Of a DNA stretch of 64,000 nt, positions 1 to 13,515 are shown piece after piece. Source of the DNA: Paraspadella gotoi (lineage: Eukaryota > Animalia > Chaetognatha); assembly GCA_051294375.1 (NCBI GenBank), contig CM119267.1:17896992-17960991 (forward strand), written 5' to 3'. How positions within the stretch are numbered: the stretch's first letter is position 1; the number at the start of each line of letters is the position of its first letter. The notes under the pieces were generated by a model that ran no database searches, was not told where the DNA came from, and saw only the letters and a program-made list of their open reading frames with translations. The position numbers and the translations under genes are program-made.

Positions 1-582
1 CGGAAAAAGTGGGATTTGATCGGAGAAGTGAGAAAGGAAAGGAATGATAGGGTGGGAAGATAGAATAAGGGTGAAAAGAGTTGTTAATATAAGTGAAAAA
101 AGGATAACAGAAATTAAAAAGAGGTAAAGAAAGAAGATGAGTGAAGAAAGGACAATGAAACCGTTAATATTTAAAAAATTTGCCGTTAAAACGAAACGGT
201 AATGGGAAGTAAGGCAGATAATGTAAAGGGCAGAGTGAAAGGGGGAGGAGTAAAGACTTAAGAATATGGCGGCGGGAAAAAAAAAAAAAAGTGAAAAGAG
301 ATAAATTTTGGTTTTTTGACGTGAGACGGAAGAAAAAGGTCGAAGCGAAAAAGGGTGAGGATTCGCGAATATAATCACGTGGTGGGCGACAGAAGATGTC
401 GAAGCCATCGGCGGTGGGAAACTGGCTTCGTGTGGAACCCATAGTTTGGCGTGGGCGGAGTGTGGGCGGAGTGTGGTAGCCGCGGTGGAGAGTGAGGTCG
501 GGGATGTTTTCGAGCGCCGGGAAATGGGGGGGGAAAGAAACAGGATTCTGGACTCAAGCAGATAACCGATGAAGTTGTGTGA

Positions 583-620
<38 letters not shown>

Positions 621-624
621 AGAG

Positions 625-686
<62 letters not shown>

Positions 687-849
687 GAGAGCACAGAAAA
701 CAAAATGAGAAACAGAAAGAAAGGAATACCAGAGAAAAAACTGCAAGAACCTGCAGGAATGACAATAATAAACAGAGCGGAAAAAGGTTTATTTCTTTGA
801 GAGAACAAAAATAGGGCGGGCGAAGGAGAAGATTAAAGAGAGGGACACA

Positions 850-1140
850 AGGCAAAGGAGAAGGCGAAGGCGAAAGCGAAGGCGAAGACTAAGGCGAAGA
901 CTAAAATTTTGAGAAAGGTGAGGGAAGAGCAAAGGCGACAACGAAGATGAAAGAGAAAACAAAAGCAAGGCAAAAGAGAAGACGAGCGAAATAGACGAAA
1001 ACAAAGGCGAAGAGGCAACAGGCGAAGAGCAAAAGGCGAAGAGCAAAAGGGCGAAGAGCAAAGGCGAAGAGCAAAGGCGAATAGGCAAAGGCGAAGAGCA
1101 AAGGCGAAGAGCAAAGGCGAAATTCAGCGAAAGAAGCGAA
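850..1140 (+). repeat. Minisatellite of ~13-bp unit AAAGGCGAAGAGC
   Basis: Directly visible tandem and degenerate copies, clearest at 1003-1120. Confidence 0.8.
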
Positions 1141-2199
1141 ATGAGATTCGACGAAGGATAACGTTTTTTTTTTTCCATTTGATGCCAGTAATAAACTCTG
1201 AATCGCCGAACGACCGAGCGACACCGACGCCGCTAAAAAATGAGACGTAATATTTTATAAAAAAGAGGAGGAGGAGGAGGAGGAGGAAGGAGTTAGTACG
1301 AGATGGGCGTGGCAACCGAGAGTTTACGCGCCACGAGGTCTCCAGGCGCGAGACGTGTGTTTATTGTGGTCTACTTATTTTTTAATTTAATGCGTTGGGT
1401 TTTTTGATCCACTTTTATTTTGTCTGTTTATTTTGATCCAGTCTTTTTTTTTTGGTGGGGCGGGGCGTGGGAAGTCGTTCCCGCCAAAGTAAGCGGGATG
1501 GAGGTGAGGAGCGGGGAGATGATTGTGGGGCGAAAGAGGGAGTAGGGTGCGGGCTGGGGGGGGGGAACTTCGTCGTCGGAAAATCGTCTTTTCCTCGTCG
1601 ATGATGAACGAGGTCGAACGTGAGTAGACGAAAGAGGCCGAATCCGAGCCGGAGGTGGACCCGACCTGGATGCGGCGCCGAATTGAAGTGGCGGCGCCGA
1701 ACCCGAGTGCGGCGCCGAACCGGGAGAGCAGAACGCGAGCTGAATCGAGACAGTGAATCAGTCAAAAATTAGACGAAAAAAAAAAAAAAAGCTAATTCAT
1801 CGACCTTTTATCGCCAAGTCGTCCGTCTATCGTAACAACGCCAAAGGTGAATTCGTCAAGCTTAACCAGCCAGGTCCCTTCCCGATGGCGCCGCTCTATT
1901 CCACTGGACCCCACGGCGAAGCTTGTTTCCGGGTTTCAAAAAGGCAGCACGAACGATGGAAAGGAAGAAGGTTAATGAATTTAACCCCCGTCGTCGTTGT
2001 CGTCGTGCGTTGAAATATTTGTCGTCGTCGTTATCATCGCCAATTTAGTGGTTTTTCACACCATCGCAGAAGAACAGCGTGCTCTTTTTCTTAATCTTCA
2101 AGTTCCAGAGTCCAAATATCAAATCAAATCAGTATTGGTACAATTGGTATAATAATTATACAATTATACAATTATATAATTATTATCCATATGATCATT

Positions 2200-2396
2200 T
2201 ATGAAATTGGTACAACCATAATTAAAAATTATCCATTCATTTAAAATAAATAAGGCTATCTTGCCCCTGACTTTGGAGCAGCGCTTTGGTGGTTTTAAGG
2301 CTTCCATCACTCTTACAAGATAATGACATAGCAGGTCCTGCAAAGCTTCATCAACGACTCTCTCACAGTCTTGTTATTCACTCCCAGAATACCTGA
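2200..2396 (+). repeat. Copy of the 58.1-kb repeat family
   Basis: Near-identical to 58102-58293 (TATCTTGCCCCTGACTTTGG...CATCACTCTTACAAGATAATGACATAGCAGGTCC). Confidence 0.85.
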
Positions 2397-4135
2397 CTTT
2401 TTAAATACATGGTCGAAGCAATTTCATGCGCCGGTAGAAAATAGCTGTCATTTGCAATAACCAGTGGTTATTTCCATTGATTTTAAAAAATTAGTTGAAG
2501 TAGAACATATTAAAGTCATTTATGTGTTCAATTTTATAGATTGATCTAGTTAAGATATGCATTGGGAATGAGTGGAGAAAGTTGGCTTGTAAATGGGTTT
2601 TCTTTTTTTTAACTCACTTTTTTAGATTTCAATTTTTTTTTTTCTTGACTTTCAGTATGATATTTTCTGAAGTAAAGATTAAAAATATTAAATAATATTT
2701 AATAATATTATTCTTCTGAAAGCCCTTTCAAATCTAAAGAGAATGAACTACTTTGCAATTACTGTAGTATATAAATTTAACCAGCTTTTAATTTAATTAG
2801 GTTATCCAAAAACAAGACATCTTTCCAAAAATCATGCCTGGAAAGTAAATTTTTAAGATTTTTTATCAAATTGTGATTGGCTATCTTAAATCTCCTTTTT
2901 TCAGGCTCTTTCATCATTATTAATATAAATAATAATATTTTATTTATAATATTTAATCAGGTATATATTTTAAAAAAAGATTTGAAATTTTTTAAATAAT
3001 TAACTTTTGAACTCTCTTATTTTTATGTTATTGCTTTTCGTAAGTATATCATTCTCTTCATTTTTTTAAGGGCTTTTTTTGAGGATATTAATATTGTTAA
3101 TATCTTATAATACTTTGGTTTTAAAAAAGACACTAAAAGTTGAAAAAAAATTGAATTTAAAAACAGGAGTTGGAAAATGGAAACCCGAATTTTACAAGCC
3201 AATTTTCTCCACCTCATTGCCAAGGCATATCTTAACTGATCAATATAAAATTTGAACACACATAAATGAACTTTAATTATGTTCTACTCAACTAATTTTT
3301 AAAAATAAATGAAATAACCACAGGTTTGCAAATAAGCGTAAAACGGCGTAATACGGCGCTTGTAAAATTGGTCACCATGTAAATAAGCTCGTATCTTGCC
3401 CCTGACTTTCAAGACAGGCCTTCGTCCCTCTTTCACGAATGTCACATTGTCACTGTCCGTGACAGCCGGGATGATCATTATCATAATCGTCAATATAACT
3501 GACATCGTCGGCGTCACTTTCCCATTCTGTCAGTCTCTAGATGCAGGCATTTATTTTTTGTACGAGAATTCTCCTACCAAAAAACGGTCCACCAACGACA
3601 AACGGCTGGGCCGACTGGAAAATAGAGAAAGCCTTCCATCTCGTATGGCTGGGAGAATCTTCTCTCTCTCTCTTCTCATCTTCTCTCTCTCTCTCTCTCT
3701 CTCTCCTTCTCTCTTCTCTCTCTACTCCTCGTCTCTTCTCTCTCTCCTCTTTCCACTTTGAATCTCATGAATAAATCGGCATACAATCCTTTCTTTTTTT
3801 TCTATTGTGGGGAAAAGGATAAAAAAAGTCAAAAAGAATAAAACGGATTAAATATTAAAAGGAATATAAAAAAAAAGAAAGAAAAAATGGATAGAAATAA
3901 GGCCGAAACTGATAACCAGAAAAAATAAATAAAAAAGAAAACGAATGAGAAAGGTAAAAAATATATGATTTAAGAAAAAATCGATTTTTGTCGAACTCTT
4001 GAGGTCGCTAAGAAAAAAGGGAAAAGAAAGAGAGGAAGAAACTTCTTGAGTCAGTTATANNNNNNNNNNNNNNNNNNNNNNNNNGTTTGTTTCGCTTGAC
4101 AAGAGTTTTCATATCGCGTCATCTTTCATAACACA

Positions 4136-4227
4136 ATTTCTTTCCTTTTTTCTTTCTTTCCTTTTTTCTTTCTTTCCTTTTTTCTTTCTTTCCTTTTTTC
4201 TTTCTTTCCTTTTTTCTTTCTTTCCTT
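4136..4227 (+). repeat. 17-bp pyrimidine minisatellite (TTTCTTTCTTTCCTTTT)n
   Basis: About five perfect tandem copies. Confidence 0.85.
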
Positions 4228-5652
4228 CGCCTCTCATTTCGCGTCTCCTTATCGTCTCTCTTCCTCATTCATTCATTCGTCCATTAATGTGACAAAAATC
4301 CCGACGAATCTCGAGACTAGGAAAAAAAAACGGCGCCTAAAAGGGAAAAAGTTGCGCTGATTAATAAAAAGAAAAAGCGAGAGACAGGGTCGGCCACGCC
4401 CACCGAGCCGAAAAGAAAAAGATAAAGGCGACGCCGCCCCACAAATCCGACAGAGGGGGGGGGACTGATTCCCGCCGGGGTCCTCGACGAGAAGGACCAG
4501 AAGGAAGTAAGATAATCTTTGGGCGACCCGAAAGTCCGAGACCCGAACTGAATCGCAACCGAATCGCATGAAACCTTTTTTCTTCGGACATGTGTCGACG
4601 CATCTCTCTAGCGTTTTGTATTAGCGTTATATGAATATTAATAAATATCGTGCTTTACTGTCCTCTAAAAATACACATAGTACGATAAGGATATCACTAC
4701 CGCAAATATTAGTTTGGTCATCCGTCCACGCATCATAACATTTACTGACTATCTTTTTTACCAGAGAGAAACCTCGATGTTTCGTGAGAAAGCCACACTA
4801 AAAAACAAGAATCTGGGGCCGAATAAAAATTAGGTCCATCACATCGACACTAATCGACAATAATCTAAGGTTAATGTTTAATGTTCTCTTAAGGCTTAAC
4901 GTACCAAATTGATCAAAATCATGACAAAGTCTAATTAATAAGTTCTTTATTTTTTATGATTATTTTTTGAGGGTGACATTGAACAATTGAGCATTGATCA
5001 TCGGAAGGTTTGACTATATTATTATTATTATTATTTTGAAATTGACACAGTGGTACATTATAAATGCCACACAATGTCGTCGAAGAAAACTTTTGGTGAG
5101 AACTAAATCTTATTTTAGTCTAAGTGTAGAAATATTACCAGAAATATTACTATTTTTTAAAAAATACAAAAATATTTTAGGTCAAGCAATCGAATTCCGA
5201 TAGGAACTAGTAAACCTTATTTCCAAAAAATACGAGTTTCGTCTTAATTCGAACTATTTTTTTAATCGTTTGACCCGAATTTCTCTTTCTTTTACGCTTA
5301 AACACATTTTAAAGAAAAAAAATCGATAAATAAAAAAAAGAAGAAAGTCCTGAGTCATCGAAATCATTTTCTTTTCTCTAAAGATCAACTTCTTTTCTTC
5401 TGAGACAAAAATAGCGGGAATTCTCTCTTTCTTCTTTTTTCCGCGAGCAATAAATCCGTCACAAAGATATCGATCGTTTGGGGCCCGAGATTTTCTTGGA
5501 ATCTTTGGGAAAACGATGCTAATACTAACTGTATTAATAGTAATGCTAAGGATATTAACGCTCGTTTCTTCTCTCCATCCGAAAAAGGGAGATTTCTTGG
5601 TTCGTGTCGATGACAGAAAAGTCCAGCGCGTTGAGAGATGAAAAAGTAGCGC

Positions 5653-5703
<51 letters not shown>

Positions 5704-6937
5704 CCCAGTCTCTCGAAGAAAAGGGGTTGGCTCGTCAAAGATAATTGATCTGCGCCGATTTTGTGTGGAGACCTGTGGATGGCGAAGTGAGAAGAAGTGT
5801 GATGACTTTGGAGGTAAGTTAAAGGTGAGTCAGACGATTCTGAGAGGAAGAAAGAGAAGAATTGAGTGCGGACGTTTCCAAGGCAGGTTAGGGCTCGAAG
5901 CAGTAAGGGCGGGAAAAAAAGGAGAGAGACGAAAGAGAACCAAATTACATTTCCGGGTGGATTGTTCAATGAACAATGAATAATGTTAATATGATTGTAT
6001 GATTACAAAGTTGATACAGATTCGACACGTTTTCTTTTTTTTTAGTTTAGTACGGAATATTGCACTCGGGATTCGATCCCCTTGGAAACTTGGTACTATC
6101 ACAATATCACTATCACAAATCAAATAAAGGGTTGGAGGGAGATTCCGTGATCATCGGTGAAGCAGAGAAGATCGCGTGACGTTGGAGTGAAATCCGTTGG
6201 GCGGTCCATTGTCGAATCCATCACCGCCGCAGCGAAGGAAAGTGGATGTGAAAGGGTGAGCGGTAGATTTTGACATACTTTTTTAATTTCTTTTTACTCA
6301 AATTATGCTTATTTTTGAGTATCTTTATTTTTAAAAAAAGATAAAATATGTTCCAAAATAGGTTTAAAAATCAATTATAATATGTCTTCGCTTCAAGATC
6401 GCAAAAATTATTTCATTTTAGACGGCATATTTGTATAATTTCGAACAATACGTTTTATTACTATTTTTAATATGTAAATTTTCAGGAATAATTTTTAAAA
6501 TTTTTTACATAAATAATAATAAATAACTTTCAAAAAATATGTATTCAAAATTTAAAACAGACCACAACTTATAATTTATTCAGAGTAAAAATGGCTTCAT
6601 TTTGGCGCCAATAAATATTGATTTGAAGCATTCATCTAGATTGGAAAAGTATGGAGCAGCGACGTGGATAATAGTGGATATTGTGGAAGGGACATTGGAC
6701 AATCGGGGTTCAGAGTGAACTCTGTGTGGATTGGTTGATGGTACTGGGGAAATTCCATGATCGTCCTTAATTCCCAAAAGGGAAAAATGGAGAGTCTAGA
6801 GTCGACGGAAGAAGAAACGGAAAAGAGAAGAAAAAAGAAAAGGGAGGAAATGGAAAGAAAAAAAGGGAGAAAAGGGTGAGGGGCGTTTGGGAGTAAGAGA
6901 GAGAGAGAGTAGAGAAGAGAGAGAGAGGAGAGAGAGA

Positions 6938-6974
<37 letters not shown>

Positions 6975-8199
6975 GGAAAAGCGAAATGAAGAGAAAAACC
7001 ACCGGCAAAAGTCGTTTTTTTTTCCTCAGGCAAAGTTAGAGAATATGGAAGTACTCGCTGAAATTTGTATTTTTCTATCTTAAGGGAAAAAGACTTGTCT
7101 CTTTGTAAAGAATTCACTGTCAAAAGAAATATATAAAGAACCTGAAGAAGAAGACTGTCCTTTCTGAAACAAAGGTAAGTCTTACTAAAATTCTAAAGTC
7201 ATACAAAAAAAAGAAAGATTTACGATATTTCGAATCCCGAATTCGACGCCACATTGATTTTCAAAATAATCTCCTTCCCATCTTTTTTCTCTATCCTAAT
7301 TTTTTTTTCTTTTTTTCCCCATTTTATTTGCTTTTCTTTTTTCCTGCTTTTACCTTACCGCCGCTTTTTTTTTACTTTCCTCACATATCCGATTTCAAAA
7401 ATTCCGATTTTTTTTCCTTTTTCGTTTCTCCTTCGTCTGTTTCCTTTTCGATTTTCATATTCGCCATTTTATGTATATTTTTTTTCTTTTCTATTCCATT
7501 ACCTTTTTCAAGTTTAACTTTTTCTCATTATTGATGCGAAAGTGACATGATTTTTCACTATCTCGACATGATTTTACAGCCTGACTTTTCACCTGTAATG
7601 TAAAAGCCGCTTCCCCGAAAAAAACTATTTTTTAAGACGGGCTCGGCATACCTCTTCCATGCCACGACGTTCCTTACTTTTCAACGACTTACCTCCAGCG
7701 CGGCGAATCGTCGTTACCGTAAGAAGCAGCAGCAGCAGCTGCCAAAGCGGCGGCAGCTGCAGCGAAGTGGGAAAAATCCAGAAAATCCGTGTGTTCATTT
7801 TTCTTTCTTTTTTTTTTTTTAAACTTGAATTTTATCCTGGAAAAAAGAGGCTTATAAATCCTTTTTGTGAGTACTTTATTTGTTTTTCGTTTTAATATTT
7901 TGTTTCTTTTTTGTTTTTTTTTTAAAGTATTGTAAATGTAATCGCTTTTTGTTACGGACGTTTTCCAAAATTTTGCCGAGTAGCTTTTTTTTCTTGGTTT
8001 TGATGTAGATCATTGTTGCTTTTTGTTTGGGCTTGAATGGTCATTGTTGAATTTTATTGCCAGAGATGCTATTGAGTTGTTTTTTTGTTGTTGTTGTTGT
8101 TGTTTTCCTTGTCGTGTTCTTTTTTCCTACGGATTCTTCTCTTTTCTCCGCTCCATAGATTTTTTTCTCTTGGTCAGTGATTCCGGCGCCGAGAAGACG

Positions 8200-8263
<64 letters not shown>

Positions 8264-8417
8264 AGAGAGAGAGAAGAGAGAGAGAAAGAGAGAGAGAGAG
8301 CTCTTCAATCGAGCAGCGATGCGACGCTGGAAACGCAGAGCAAATGGGAGGGATGACTGGTAAGTGGACTGGAGCGATAAGCGAGCGATAACGTTAAGGA
8401 AAAAAAAAAAGATGAGA

Positions 8418-8466
<49 letters not shown>

Positions 8467-9655
8467 AGAGAGAGAGGAGAGAGAGAGAGAGAGAGAGAGA
8501 GAATTACAGAGACGGTGGGCGGGAATGAGGGTAGAAAATGAATCCCTCGATTTATCTGGGGAAACGATTTAGCTTGCAACTTTTGCTACATGAGACGATG
8601 TTTCGCACGAATTCAACTTCGTCTTTTTTCTCCCGATTTTTTGACGGATGCGAAATACTTTTTCTTATCCCTCATTTTGTTCCTTTGTTTTTTTATTTTC
8701 ATTCTTTTCTTCGAACGACGGATCGAACGGACAAAAACAAAAAGAGCAGGAAAGCCTCCTGGCGGCGGGAAATAGAGTTTAGGCTTCGGTTTAGTGGAAA
8801 ATGGATGATTTTTTTTTCTCGGATTTTTCGTTTTCGCGACGACGAAAGTCGCTTTTCGCTTCAATTATCTGCAGCTGCTCCGTTCGCCGCGTCGATGACG
8901 TGTCGATAACGTTCCGTTGCTTTTTCCATTTGCGTTTTCCTGCTTTTTTTCCGCTGTTTCCATATAGATTAGCCGCTTTATTCACTGGCTGAATTATATA
9001 TGATCTTTCGTGGCTTTATCTGCAGCTATATTTGTAGTTTTTTAGGTTTTAACAATTCATTCTTTGATTTTTCGTTTTGACCCTTTATTTATTTATTTAT
9101 TTCACTTTTGCTGCTTTAATTACGTTATTGCTTTATTCGCAGCTTCAATTATATTTCGCTTTATATTTCATGGAGCATAAATCCGTTAATTTTGTTAAAA
9201 ATTGCGTTGTTGGCTTTCGAAATGACGCGCAGCTTCAGTGTTTCAATCGCTTACAGCCGCTCTATCGGCAGCATAACGTGACGCTGCGTTTTGATTAAAT
9301 ACCGCGCTCTCCCATGTAGCTATATTTGTTGCCACTGTTGCAATACTACCATCAGCAGCTGTCAGGCAAAGCAATTTACCGTTGCTGTTATTCACGTCAA
9401 AAATAAGATCCAGCGGAGTAGAATGATATGTAAAAACCTGTAAGAAAAACTTTTCTTTGTACCGTCGTTAACGTGATCGGATAAAAATAACAAAACAATA
9501 GTATTTTTATTGTTAACAAATTTTTTTTCGTAAAAAGAAAAGAAGAGAAAAGTTCGAGACGTTAGATCCGTGACAGACGCCGTCTTCGCTTTCCTCCGCT
9601 GGATTCTTATGTTTTTTCTTCTAGTATTTTTTTTGTACGAGTAGCAGAGAGGGAG

Positions 9656-9730
<75 letters not shown>

Positions 9731-11025
9731 GAAAGTATGGAGGACAGAGGAGAAAACATAGACGCGCGAACGTGCTGCAGCGACGACAACGAAGACGACG
9801 CAACGAAATCGACGACGACGACGACGACGACGAGAAGATAGTTGACGCAAAAACGCCGGCGACGAAAACGACGACGTCAACGCCGATGTCGACTCAGTCC
9901 GTTTTTTTCTTTCTTTATTTTTTATTCCTACCCGTATTTTTCTTATATCTCTCTTTTTCTCACTCTTTTTCTCTCTCTCTCTTTCTCTCTCTCTCAATCT
10001 TTCTTTCTTTCTTTCTTTTTTCTTTCTTTATTCCTCACTCCCTTTTCCTCGAATATTCTTATCCTTTCTCTCTCTTTTCTCTCTCTCCCTCCGGTGTAAT
10101 TATGGTAATGAGGTAATGAGGTAATGCGGTAATGCTGCCATCGTAGACTAACAAAAATATCTGACCGGATTCTGCTTTTTCTTATAATATAAGTTATATA
10201 AGTTATATCATAGAAAACGATTGCTACAATGATTGTTCCTTTGTTTATACATATCGTTCCCCGGGAAACGCATTCGCCCTCTTGAGTGAAGTTTAATTAC
10301 CAAACAAAATGTGTCGTGGGATTTTCTGAATTTTCTGAATTTTCTGAATTTACAATGAAAATTAAATTGAATTTCTACGATAACTAGTTGGATATTTGGA
10401 TAATTTTTGTCAGCCTTCCCGTTAAAAAGCTTCCTTCTGAATTCTACATCTATCTCGATGAGGATATGCATATGAATTCAACGAAAAAAAATGTAGATAT
10501 CACCATAATTTTAATCGACAGAGATCACAGATAAAAAATAATTATCGAGTAAAAATGTTTAAAATCAAAAGCTTATGAACAAAAAGACAACAGTTAATTT
10601 ACAGATGGGAATAAACTTTGGTAGCCGAATCATGACATATATTTGCGAAACAAGACGAGGAGTCTTTTCTCATTTAAATTACTAAATCTAAATCAAAATA
10701 CTAGGAACTAAAAAAAAATAATTATTCTAGAGTAAAATTGGAAAGAAATTTAAAATATCTCTTGGTAGTTGATAATAATTACAATGCCGTGGTTCTTCGA
10801 CCTCAAGCTCACTTTTTGGCATCGCTCCGTCACCTGCCCGCCTCCCCCCACGCCCTTCCCTAGCTGTCATTGCAATACTTTCTTTTGTGCCCGTTTCCAA
10901 AACGCACTGTACCTACGTAGTACTTACGTAAGTAAAAACTCTACATGAAAAACTCAAAAATATTTTCTAAAATGTTAATCCGCCCCCACCCCAAAAAAAA
11001 AATTCGCTACCACCGGCCCGCCGTC

Positions 11026-12217
11026 TCATTTTCCCACGGCTGCGCCGACTACCGCCGCCACCGCACGCCCATCATGTCCGCCCGCCGTTCTCCCGGCGCC
11101 GTTCCCGCCGCCCTTTCCCCCTCCGCCCCACCCCGACTTCTTCGTCGGCTCCGGCTTCGGCTTCGTGTTCTCCTCGACGCGAAAGACGACGCGGTGTTTG
11201 CCGATCTCGTTTCCGGCGCCGCAAACGTAGACGCCGAAATGGCGCCGCTCGGCGGCGTCGACGACGAAGGTGGCGGCGTCGTGACCCGAGAGGTCGACGG
11301 AGGGAAGGAGTGGGCGAGGGGCGGCGGGGAGGGCGTAGCCTTGATTGGAGGAAGCGGCGTCGGTGGAGGAGGATGAAGAGGAGGAATTGTCGGCGTCGTC
11401 GGCGTCGTTTTCCTCGACGACGGGACCCGGCGTCGTTTCGACGGCGCCCTCTACCTCTTCTTCCAACGCGGCGTCGTCATCGTCCTTTCCGGCGTCTTCA
11501 TCCTCGACGTCTTCGACTTTCGGCGTCGTCGTCTTTACGTCGTTCTCTTCGTTCACCAAAGCGGGCGGCGTCGCCTCTTCATCTTCATCCTCTTCCTCCT
11601 TCTCTCCCTCCTCCCTCTTCCTCCTCTTCTCTCCTTCCGCCCCCCACCAACTCCTCCTTCTCCTCCTCCTCATCACCTCCTTCACTTCCTCCTCTTCCTC
11701 TTCCTCCACCTTCTTCTCCCACTGATAAACGATCTTCTCCGGATTCGCCTCGTGTTCGCAGTCGAGGCTGAATCCTTCGCCGAGTCGAGGAGACACGAAC
11801 TGATCGTCCGCGTCGCCGAGATATTGAGGGGGATGGTGGACGTCGATCTGATGAGGTGGTTGGGGAGGAGGGTGGGAAAATGGAGGGAGAGGGGGGGAAG
11901 GTGGAGGGGGATTCGTTTAAAAAAAAAGAAGGAACGGAGAGTGGTAACTAAAATTTTTAATAAATACTAAACTATGAAACGGACGGCATTTGAAGCAGTG
12001 TTAGTTCTCTTACATATATATACTATAAATATATATACTCTAAATAAAGAATATAAATAAATATAATATATAGGGAAATTTATTAAATTCTTACATTTAT
12101 TTTAAAATTTGAATATAAAATTTATTAAAATTTATTAAATTCTTACATTTATTTTAAAATTTTAAAGTCTATTTTAGTAAAACAAGTAATCTTGCAATTT
12201 TTATTCATATCTTCTCA

Positions 12218-12292
<75 letters not shown>

Positions 12293-13430
12293 AATAACAA
12301 CGCAACAAAAACAACGACCTTATGCGCGACACTCTCAACTCTCTTCCCGGTCTCGGGATTCGTCGCGGAACACTTGAGGAACTTGTGCCTCCAGGTCTTC
12401 TTGGCGAAGAGTTGCCCGTCGTGGTCGAGCGTCTCGCAGTCGTCGACGTCGTCGTCGGCGGCGCCGCAGAGGAAGTAGTCGAGCATCGCGGGCGGGCGAC
12501 TCGGCCCCGCGAAGCACTCCCACTCGAACGGCGCGTGTTCGAGCACGACGGCCCATTCCTCGTCGGCCAACTGGGAGCGCACCTCGTCCGGTCCGTAGAG
12601 CACGTTGACGAGTATGTGCAGCCGGTGGGCAGAGCTGGAGCAGGAGACGTTGACCGAGTCGACGCGGCGGGTCTCGGTGTAGCGGATCGAGGTCGCGGGA
12701 GCGGAAGAAGTGGAGTTGCTGTTCGGGTGGGGGGGGGAAAGAAGAGGGAATTTGATAGGAAGATTTGAAGCAGGTTTAATAAGATGGAAGACCATATTTT
12801 GTTTGCAAAAAAATTAATATTAAGCAAAAAAAATTTGTTTCTTTCGTTTATTATTATTTTACTATTATTATTTTAGTATAATATTAAAACCAAAACTAAT
12901 TTTGTACATTTTCTATTTGTTTGAATTTTTTTTTTTTTTTTTTTTTGTTAATGATTTTATCATTTTTTTTTAAATTAAACTTCAATTAAAGTTTTCAAAT
13001 ATAAATCTTTCACTTCGTCGCACTTGTCCCCTGATGGACCCCACTCACCCCCCCCCCCCCACCAACAAAATCCGAACCTGTCTCTAATCGCCCCCTTCTC
13101 GCCGACATCGCCGACGCGAATATCGATCTGCGTCGGCGGATTGCCGACGTCCTCGACGCTGCACCGGAACTCTTTCCTCGACGCCGGCGACGATTTGCCC
13201 CGGCGCCTCCAAGTTCAGACGCGACGGAGGCCACGTGACTTCGAAGGGTGGAGAGTCGCAGGTGAGGCCGTTGGGTGAGGACGTGAGGGGGAAGACGCAG
13301 CGGAAGTTGGCTGAAGTAGAGCGAGGGAGGAAAAAATGGGGTTGAGGGGATGAGGTGAGTTGGGTAAGTTGATATATGCAGACAAACAAAACAAAAAAAA
13401 GAAGCCATAACACTAAAAAAGTTTGTCTAT

Positions 13431-13515
<85 letters not shown>

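Noticed and set aside
850-1140. Short regularly spaced repeats resembling a CRISPR array (also GCGGATGAG repeats at ~23600-23750)
   Set aside because: No unique spacers, no cas genes and a eukaryotic context; these are minisatellites.
7138-7185. Hammerhead-like CTGAAGA...GAAAC motif
   Set aside because: Stem I does not pair next to the core and stem III is negligible; probably chance.
164-10500. Many ORFs with ERERER, LSLSLS or Phe-rich content
   Set aside because: Microsatellite- and composition-derived, with no coherent exon chain. Isolated AG|GTAAGT donors (~5813, ~7174) could be non-coding exons but are unsupported.
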